Source: an uncultured bacterium
GTDB taxonomy: Bacteria > Krumholzibacteriota > Krumholzibacteriia > JACNKJ01
NCBI GenBank assembly: GCA_963695095.1
Contig: CAVOFT010000001.1
Span: forward strand, 992,001 to 1,056,000
Direction: 5' to 3'
Length of the DNA stretch: 64,000 bases
Translations under genes and position numbers: made by a program
Part shown: positions 56,099-64,000 of the stretch, one piece after another
Layout: each line of letters starts with the position of its first letter
How positions within the stretch are numbered: position 1 is the stretch's first letter
The notes under the pieces: generated by a model
What the model saw: the letters and a program-made list of their open reading frames with translations, nothing else
What the model was told of the DNA's origin: nothing
Database searches by the model: none

Positions 56099-57160
56099 CT
56101 AGCGGCGTCGCCGGCAGAGCGTCCTCAGCCCCCAGATCAAGTGACGTGGCCGCAGCCGTAGCAGATCGCGCGGCTCGAGGCGCCGCAGGCGAGCCAGGGC
56201 CCCAGCGCGGACGCGCGGATCGGCGAAGAAGCGGTGGCGATCCAGCGTTGAGCGATCCGCCAAGCGGGCCTCGAAGTCGGCCAACTGCGCGGGGGACAGG
56301 GGGCCTGTGCGACCGTGCATGATGGCATTGGCAAAGGGGATTGCAAAGAGCTGAACCAATGCCCCGTCGCGTAGGCCCGCTACCAGGTGCATGCCGTCCG
56401 CCTCGGTATCGCCACCGTCCCAGGCAAAGAGGTGGTTGCCGAGTCCGAAGGCGATCGGCGCCCCGGGTCCCAGGACAACTCCCTTGACGAAATGACTTCC
56501 CGTGCAGACAAGCAGCCCGCTGCCGAAGCCGGCGAGCCGACGGGCAAGGCTGAGTTCGTGCGGGCTGGGGTAGATGCTCCGCGAGCCGAGATGGGGAAAG
56601 CCAATGCTGAAGGCGGCTCCGGCCAGAGCTTCGGCGATCAGCGCCAGATCGTCCGATCGCGGGCGCAGGACACGATGCCGGGGATCGGCTTGGTCGAGCA
56701 AGTCCGTGAGCGACCAGACCGCCAGGCGTCCGGCCGCGGTATCCAGCTTGGCCACGGGGCGCTCGCGCAGGCCGAAGACCGCAAGGCCAGCGGCCTCCAG
56801 GAGCCTCAGGTTGCGGTCGAGGCCGGGAGCGCCGAAGGCGAGGGCGTGGTTGTTGGCCAGGGAGACATGGGTGAAGCCCAGCTCGCGGATGAGCCCGAGC
56901 GCACAGGACTCGCAGTCCGCATCCGCGGGACGGCCCTGCTCGCCCGGCAGGATGAACTCCAGGTTCAGGAAGCGGTGCTGGAAGTGGCCCAGCAGAGGGG
57001 CCTCTCGCTTCACATGAGCCGCCAAGGCGGCAGGGTCCGGGCGCCGGTTCCAGAAGCCGAAGTCGCCCGTGAAGGAGATGTAGACCGTATCGCTGCGAAG
57101 CTTTGCCTCGCCCTCCAGGACGAGAACGGCATGTCCGGCCAGCTCCCAGATCGCGCTCAT
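56099..57160 (-). CDS. CapA/PGA_cap-like metallophosphoesterase family protein
   Basis: FTGDF, FLNLE, VSLANNHAL, GSHFVKG, FGLGNHLF; ATG overlaps the FAH stop. Confidence 0.75.
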   Translation of the reverse strand: MSAIWELAGHAVLVLEGEAKLRSDTVYISFTGDFGFWNRRPDPAALAAHVKREAPLLGHFQHRFLNLEFILPGEQGRPADADCESCALGLIRELGFTHVSLANNHALAFGAPGLDRNLRLLEAAGLAVFGLRERPVAKLDTAAGRLAVWSLTDLLDQADPRHRVLRPRSDDLALIAEALAGAAFSIGFPHLGSRSIYPSPHELSLARRLAGFGSGLLVCTGSHFVKGVVLGPGAPIAFGLGNHLFAWDGGDTEADGMHLVAGLRDGALVQLFAIPFANAIMHGRTGPLSPAQLADFEARLADRSTLDRHRFFADPRVRAGALARLRRLEPRDLLRLRPRHLIWGLRTLCRRRR

Positions 57161-58078
57161 CAGTCGGGTCCGCCGACCGTGCCGGCCAGCGTGCCCAGGC
57201 GCTCGATCTCGAGCTCGATGCGATCGCCCGGCACCAGCCAGCCGCCGGCCGTCTCCGGGCCGAGTTCGAGGATGCAGCCGCTGCCCACGGTGCCGCTGCC
57301 GAAGAGCTCGCCCGGCAGCAGGTCGACGCCGCGCGAGGCGCGCGCGATCATCTCGCCGAAGGAGTAGTGGATGCTCGCCCAGTTGCCGCGGCTGAGCTCG
57401 CGGCCGTTGCCGCCGGGCGATCATGGCCAGGTCGTAGCCCTTGCCGGCGCGGCGGTCCGCCAGCTCGTCGGGCGTGACCAGGCAGGGCCCGAGCGAGGTG
57501 GCGAAGTCCTTGCCCTTGGCGGGGCCGAGACCGACGCTCATCTCCTCGCGCTGCACGCGGCGGGCGCTCCAGTCGTTGAGCACGCAGTAGCCGGCGATGA
57601 GGGCCTCGGCCGCCGCCGGCTCGAGATCGCGCCCGCCGGCGCCGAGCACCGCGGCGACCTCCAGCTCGAAGTCCAGCCAGTCGCCGTCCGGCGGCACGGG
57701 GATCTCGGCCTCATGGCCGAAGAGCGCGTGCGGATTGGAGAAGTAGAAGACCGGGAACTGGTACCAGGCCTCGGGCACCGTGAGCCCCCGCCGCTCGCGC
57801 GCCCTGCGCACGTGCTCCTCGAAGGCGTAGAAATCGCGGAAGCTGGCCGCAGGCAACAGCGGCGGCAGCCAGCGCCAGCCGCCGGCCGGCAGCGCGGCCG
57901 CGGGGGACGGCGGGCGCCGGCCGAGCTGGGCCTGCCAGCGGGGCAGGCGGCCCAGATTGCCGCGGCCTAGAGGGCCGCCGCTGTCCTCCCCCAGGGCGGT
58001 GGCGAGATCGAAGCCCCGTCCATCCTGCCAGAACCCCAGGCGCGCCTGGCCCTGCAACTCGTAGTTGAACAGACGCAT
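57160..58078 (-). CDS. Fumarylacetoacetate hydrolase family protein (frameshift near 57412)
   Basis: SFRDFYAFEEH, PVFYFSNP, LDFELEVAAV, NDWSARRVQ, GPAKGKDF, GSGTVGSGCILE. Confidence 0.9.
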
Positions 58079-58110
58079 GGCCCCCCTCCCGCTGCGCAAC
58101 CGCCTGCCGT

Positions 58111-59200
<1,090 letters not shown>

Positions 59201-59370
59201 GAGGGGCTCCCGGATCGGATTGAGGGGTTTGGACCTGCAGGTCATCAGAGATTACGAGGCCGGGGAGGGCGGCGCAAGCGTGCAATTGGACTTGCCCGGT
59301 CCCAATCCCTCGATTAGGCTGGCGGCAGCCGCAGTCCAAGCGCCTGCGCAGGCCGCAAGAAGGAGGAATC

Positions 59371-59808
59371 ATGAACAAGGTCTCGGATATCCTCAAGCGC
59401 AAGGGGACGGATGTCGCCTCCATCGGCGAGGCGGCCAGCGTGCTCGAGGCGGCGCGCGCGATGAACGAGCGCCGGATCGGCAGTCTCGTCGTGCTCCGCG
59501 GCGAGACCGTGATTGGCATCTTTTCGGAGCGGGACATCCTCACGCGAATCGTCGCCGAGAGCCGCGACCCCGTCGCGACTCGCGTCGGCGAGGTGATGAC
59601 CGCTCCCGTCGCCTGCTGCAAGCTGGGAACCAGTCTCGAAGAGTGCAAGTCGGTGATGACGGAGCAGCGCGTTCGCCACTTGCCAGTGGTCGAGGCGGGG
59701 CGCCTGCAGGGGATCGTCACCTCGGGCGATGTGCTGGCCTTCGAGGCCAAGGAGCAGGAGCACACGATCGAATTCCTCTACAACTACCTCTACGGCACTT
59801 CGCCCTGA
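59371..59808 (+). CDS. CBS domain protein
   Basis: IGSLVV, GIFSERD, VRHLPVV, GIVTSGD. Confidence 0.92.
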   Translation: MNKVSDILKRKGTDVASIGEAASVLEAARAMNERRIGSLVVLRGETVIGIFSERDILTRIVAESRDPVATRVGEVMTAPVACCKLGTSLEECKSVMTEQRVRHLPVVEAGRLQGIVTSGDVLAFEAKEQEHTIEFLYNYLYGTSP

Positions 59809-59984
59809 GGCGCAGCGCTCGCGCCTGCCGATCGGCAGCCGCGCCGGCGGGGAATTACCTTGCGGGGCTGCAGGGCGCTGCCTAAACTGACCCGGCTTGC
59901 ACAGGCGTCGCCGCGAAGCTGCGGCAGCGAAGCGGTCTGACCGTCGGGGGACTCGGGGACGCCGAGGAGGAGGAGCTGCCAGCC

Positions 59985-61130
59985 ATGATCGTCGGCGTTG
60001 TCAAGGAGACCTATCCGGGCGAGCGGCGGGTCGCCATGATTCCCGCGCACCTGGGGCCACTGCTCAAGGCGGGCCTCGAACTGGTCGTCGAGCAGGCGGC
60101 GGGCGTGGCGGCGGGCTTTCCCGACGCGGCCTACACGGAGCGCGGCGCCACCCTGGCCACGCGGGCCGAAGTCTTCGCCCGCGCGGACATCCTGCTGCAG
60201 GTGCGCAGCCTGGGCGCCAATCCCGAAGCCGGCCAGGCGGACCTGCCGCTGCTGCGCAAGGGGCAGGTGCTGATCGGCCTCTCGGATCCCCTCGGCAATC
60301 CGGCCGCCGCGGCCGCGATCGCCGCCACGGGCGCCACCCAGTTCAGCCTCGAGTTGATCCCGCGCATCACGCGCGGCCAGGTGATGGACGTGCTGTCCTC
60401 GATGGCCACCGTGGCCGGCTACCGGGCGGTGATCCTGGCCGCCGAGCACCTGCCCCGCATGTTCCCGATGATGATGACCGCCGCGGGCACGCTGACCCCC
60501 GCCCACGTCTTCGTGATGGGAGCCGGCGTGGCCGGCCTGCAGGCGATCGCCAGCGCCCGCAAGCTGGGCGCGGTCGTCCAGGCCTACGATGTGCGCCCCG
60601 CCGTCAAGGAGCAGGTCGAGAGCCTGGGGGCCCGCTTCGTGGAGGTGCCGCTGGACACGGGGGCCGCCGAGGACGCCGGCGGCTACGCCCGCGAGCAGAG
60701 CGAGGAGTTCCTCGCCCGGCAGCGGGAGCTGCTGGCCAAGGTGATCGCCGCGAGCGACGTGGTGATCACCACCGCCGCGGTGCCCGGCAAGCGCGCGCCC
60801 ATCCTGGTGACGGCGGCCATGGTGGCGGGCATGGCGCCCGGCTCCGTCGTGGTGGACCTCGCGGCCGAGCGCGGCGGCAACTGCGAGTTGACCCGCCCCG
60901 ACGAGGTCGTCATGGCCGGCGGCGTGAGCATCCTGGGGCCCGCGAACCTGCCCAGCGACGTGCCCTTCCACGCCAGCCAGATGTTCGCCAAGAACGTGGC
61001 GAACTTCCTGCTCAACATGGTCAAGGACGGCGCGCTGGCGCTCGCCGCCGAGGACGAGATCGTGACCGAGACCCTGGTCGCCCGGGACGGCGCGGTCGTC
61101 CACCCGCGCGTCAAATCGCTGCTGGGCTGA
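59985..61130 (+). CDS. pntAA: NAD(P) transhydrogenase subunit alpha part 1
   Basis: ERRVA, MDVLSSMATVAGYRAV, GAGVAGLQAIA, VDLAAERGGNCE. Confidence 0.96.
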   Translation: MIVGVVKETYPGERRVAMIPAHLGPLLKAGLELVVEQAAGVAAGFPDAAYTERGATLATRAEVFARADILLQVRSLGANPEAGQADLPLLRKGQVLIGLSDPLGNPAAAAAIAATGATQFSLELIPRITRGQVMDVLSSMATVAGYRAVILAAEHLPRMFPMMMTAAGTLTPAHVFVMGAGVAGLQAIASARKLGAVVQAYDVRPAVKEQVESLGARFVEVPLDTGAAEDAGGYAREQSEEFLARQRELLAKVIAASDVVITTAAVPGKRAPILVTAAMVAGMAPGSVVVDLAAERGGNCELTRPDEVVMAGGVSILGPANLPSDVPFHASQMFAKNVANFLLNMVKDGALALAAEDEIVTETLVARDGAVVHPRVKSLLG

Positions 61131-61152
61131 GCGACCCGGCAAGGAGCGGAAC

Positions 61153-61440
61153 ATGGACTTCATCAGCATCCTCACCCTCTTCGCCCTGGCGATCTTCGTC
61201 GGCTTCGAGATCATCACGAAGGTGCCGCCGACCCTGCATACGCCCTTGATGTCCGGCTCCAACGCCATCAGCGGCATCACGGTCATCGGCGCCATCCTCG
61301 CCGCCGGGGCCGAGGGCGGCTCGCCCACGCTGGCTACCTGGCTGGGCGCGACGGCGGTGGTCTTCGCCACGATCAACGTCGTCGGCGGCTTCCTGGTCAC
61401 GCATCGCATGCTGGCCATGTTCAAGAAGAAGGAGAAGTAG
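61153..61440 (+). CDS. pntAB: NAD(P) transhydrogenase subunit alpha part 2
   Basis: KVPPTLHTPLMSGSNAISG, INVVGGFLVTHRMLAMF. Confidence 0.96.
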   Translation: MDFISILTLFALAIFVGFEIITKVPPTLHTPLMSGSNAISGITVIGAILAAGAEGGSPTLATWLGATAVVFATINVVGGFLVTHRMLAMFKKKEK

Positions 61441-61442
61441 CC

Positions 61443-62855
61443 GTGAGCGACGCTCTCCTCACCCATCTGATCAACCTGGCCTACCTGATCGCCTCGGTGC
61501 TCTTCATCGTCGGGCTCAAGGGCCTGGCCCACCCGCGCACGGCGGTGCGCGGGAACCTGACTGGCGGCATCGGCATGCTCATCGCCGTCATCGCCGTGCT
61601 GCTGGACCGCCACCTGCTCAGCTTCCAGTGGATCCTGATCAGCATCGTCATCGGCGGCGGCATCGGCGCCGTGCTGGCCAGGCGCGTGCCGATGACGGGG
61701 ATGCCCGAAATGGTCGCCCTCTTCAACGGCTTCGGCGGCCTGGCCTCGATCCTCGTCGCCGGTGCGGCGGTCTACCTGCCGCACATCGCGCTGCCGGACA
61801 ACGCCACGGCGAGCCAGATCCTGCAGGCGAACGTGGCGACGGGCGCGGCGGGCATCATCGGCGGCGTCACCTTCTTCGGCAGCCTGGTGGCCTACCTCAA
61901 GCTGGCCGAGCTGGCATTCAAGGGCAACGTCAGCTTCCCCGGGCTGAAGCTGTTCAATGCGTTGCTCCTGGCCGGCGCCGTGCTCTGCGCGGCCCTCCTC
62001 GTGCGCGAGCCGGGAGCCGACCTCTACTACTGGATCCTCGTCGGCCTCGCCTCCGTGCTGGGCGTCACCCTGACCATGCCCATCGGCGGCGCCGACATGC
62101 CGGTCGTGATCGCCCTGCTCAACAGCTACTCGGGCCTGGCCGCCGCCGCGACGGGATTCGTGCTCAGCAACAACGTGCTCATCATCGCCGGCTCGCTGGT
62201 GGGGGCTTCCGGCATCATCCTCTCCAACATCATGTGCAAGGCCATGAACCGCTCGCTCGGCAACGTCCTGTTCGGCGTCATGGCGGGGGGCGAATCGGCG
62301 AGCGCAGACGAGGTCTACGGTGGCCGCGTCAAGTCGACCAGCGCCGATGAGATCGCCATGATGCTGGATGGCGCAAGCCGAGTGGTCATCGTGCCGGGCT
62401 ACGGCATGGCCGTCTCCCAGGCGCAGCATGCCGTGCGCGACCTGGGCAACCTGCTCGAAAGCCGCGGCGCGACGGTGGAGTACGCCATCCATCCCGTCGC
62501 GGGACGCATGCCGGGGCACATGAACGTCCTGCTGGCCGAAGCGGACGTGCCCTACGACAAGCTGATCGAGATGGACCAGATCAACCCGACCATGGAGCAG
62601 GTGGACGTGGCGATCGTCGTGGGCGCCAACGATGTCGTCAACCCGGGGGCGCGCACCGATCCGCAGAGCCCCATCGCCGGCATGCCGGTCATCGACGTGG
62701 ACAAGGCGCGCACGGTGATCGTCATCAAGCGCTCCCTGAGTCCCGGCTTTGCGGGGATTCCGAATCCGCTGTTCGCCGCCGAGAATTGCCTGCTCTTCTT
62801 CGCCGACGGCAAGAAGGCCTTCCTGGAGATCGTCGCTGCGCTCAAGGCCCTCTAG
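61443..62855 (+). CDS. pntB: NAD(P) transhydrogenase subunit beta
   Basis: IGGADMPVVIALLNSYSG, IVPGYGMAV, HPVAGRMPGHMNVLLAEA. Confidence 0.97.
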   Translation: MSDALLTHLINLAYLIASVLFIVGLKGLAHPRTAVRGNLTGGIGMLIAVIAVLLDRHLLSFQWILISIVIGGGIGAVLARRVPMTGMPEMVALFNGFGGLASILVAGAAVYLPHIALPDNATASQILQANVATGAAGIIGGVTFFGSLVAYLKLAELAFKGNVSFPGLKLFNALLLAGAVLCAALLVREPGADLYYWILVGLASVLGVTLTMPIGGADMPVVIALLNSYSGLAAAATGFVLSNNVLIIAGSLVGASGIILSNIMCKAMNRSLGNVLFGVMAGGESASADEVYGGRVKSTSADEIAMMLDGASRVVIVPGYGMAVSQAQHAVRDLGNLLESRGATVEYAIHPVAGRMPGHMNVLLAEADVPYDKLIEMDQINPTMEQVDVAIVVGANDVVNPGARTDPQSPIAGMPVIDVDKARTVIVIKRSLSPGFAGIPNPLFAAENCLLFFADGKKAFLEIVAALKAL

Positions 62856-62879
62856 CCGGCGACCGAAGGGGGAGTGTCG

Positions 62880-64000
62880 GTGAGTCAGCCGCGTTCACTG
62901 CGACGGCGCTTCATCATCCACATGAGCGTAGTCCTGCTGCTCATTCTGCTGGCGACGCGGCTGTACATGCTCGGCATGGCGCATCTGGAAGGGCATCCAC
63001 GCGGTTTTTGGCCCAGCCTGGAAGTGGTTTTCGAGTCGCTGACGGGGACAGGCTACGGCCGCGATGCCGACTGGCAGCATCCCCTGATGAACCTGTTCGT
63101 GATCGTTCTGCAGCTCATGGGCCTCACGCTGCTGCTGTCGATCTTCCCGCTCTACCTTGTTCCCTTCTTCGAGTCGCGCTTCGAGCCCAGGCTGCCGAGC
63201 AAGGCGCGGGCGATGGAGGGGCACGTCATCCTCTATGGCTATGATCTGGCGGTGAGCTCACTCCTCGGCGAACTCGAGAAGGCCGGCCAGCCCGTCCTGG
63301 TGCTGGAGGAGGACGAGCATGAGGCCCGAGAGCTGCGGGATCTGGGGCATCGAGTCATTCACCGGGACCTGGATGACGATGCGCTTCTCGATGCCGGCCT
63401 CATGCGCGCCGCCTCGATTGTCGCCAACGGCACCGATGCCAAGAACGTGACGCTGGCGCTCTCCGCGCGCCAGCTCGGCTTCACCGGTCCGATCCTGGGC
63501 ATCGTCAACGACCCCACTTACCTCGAGGTGCTCGGCATCGCCGGCTGCAGCGAGGTCGTGGCCCCCCGGCATCTGCTCGCGGTGGCGCTGGCCAAGCGCG
63601 CCAGCGAGAAGGTGAGCCCGACGCTCGCCGGCGCTCACCAGCTGGGCGAGCGCCTGGAGATCTTCCAGATCCGGATCCACCAGAAGAGCCGCCTCGTGGG
63701 CCTCGATCTGAGGCAGGCCGCGCTGGGCGCCAAGACCGGCGTCGTGGTCATCGGCCAGTGGATGGGCGGCGAGCTGGTCACGAGTCCGGGTCCGGAGATG
63801 ATCATCTGGCCCGGCTGCATCCTCGTGGTGGCCGGCTCGCACGAGAGCATCGAGCGGCTGATCCGCCTCGAAGCCGGGACGCGCCCCGTCTCCAAGCACG
63901 GACCCTTCGTGGTGGTGGGGCACGGGGAGGTGGGCAGCCAGGTGGCGGAGCTCCTGCGCGAGGCCGGGGAGCAGGTGCTCTGCATCGATTCGCGCGCGCG
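62880..64000 (+). CDS. Potassium channel protein with TrkA-type RCK domains (3' end outside window)
   Basis: Manual translation from GTG 62880 (GGGGAG RBS): TM, FWPSLEVVFESLTGTGYGRD pore loop, TM, GHVILYGY RCK-N, RCK-C, second VVVGHGEVG; open to window end. Confidence 0.85.
   Translation, partial: MSQPRSLRRRFIIHMSVVLLLILLATRLYMLGMAHLEGHPRGFWPSLEVVFESLTGTGYGRDADWQHPLMNLFVIVLQLMGLTLLLSIFPLYLVPFFESRFEPRLPSKARAMEGHVILYGYDLAVSSLLGELEKAGQPVLVLEEDEHEARELRDLGHRVIHRDLDDDALLDAGLMRAASIVANGTDAKNVTLALSARQLGFTGPILGIVNDPTYLEVLGIAGCSEVVAPRHLLAVALAKRASEKVSPTLAGAHQLGERLEIFQIRIHQKSRLVGLDLRQAALGAKTGVVVIGQWMGGELVTSPGPEMIIWPGCILVVAGSHESIERLIRLEAGTRPVSKHGPFVVVGHGEVGSQVAELLREAGEQVLCIDSRA

Noticed and set aside
56099..58099. 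666-aa FAH-CapA fusion in the ORF track
   Set aside because: Artefact of a frameshift near 57412; the true FAH C-terminus is in ORF 57160..57351 and CapA-like has its own ATG at 57160

Overview
High-GC (~70%) bacterial chromosomal window. Gene content (FlgD/T9SS-type 'NPFNP...WDGRD' C-terminal domains, '..KSLY' C-terminal tails, Bacteroidota-style ATP synthase, three-gene pntAA/AB/B) suggests an FCB-group candidate lineage such as Krumholzibacteriota/Latescibacterota; this is inference. It contains a MacA/MacB-type efflux operon without an ATPase, an atypical lipid operon (degenerate CdsA, PlsC-kinase fusion, DAGK-like), a Ser/Thr kinase/FHA-histidine kinase/sigma54 signalling cluster, several secreted proteins, one IS256 element truncating a papain-like amidase, fbaB, nrnA, a full F0F1 ATP synthase operon, nadA, a four-gene DUF6754-type membrane operon, tyrosine catabolism genes (hppD, FAH, hmgA), transhydrogenase and a K+ channel. 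Many genes, including atpH and nadA, carry single-base frameshifts that look like long-read errors. The most striking signal is absent from the ORF track: directly after a GAF-sigma54 activator is a clear -24/-12 promoter driving two 24-25 aa hydrophobic peptides, each ending in a tandem (T)KTWW repeat (MLITLLTALMGAYLTKTWWTKTWW and MLFVYLAMISTTVLTATKTWWKTWW). These are candidate peptide-signal or RiPP precursors. A second unannotated 48-aa secreted peptide precedes a degenerate kinase-TPR gene. No rRNA, tRNA or CRISPR array was seen.
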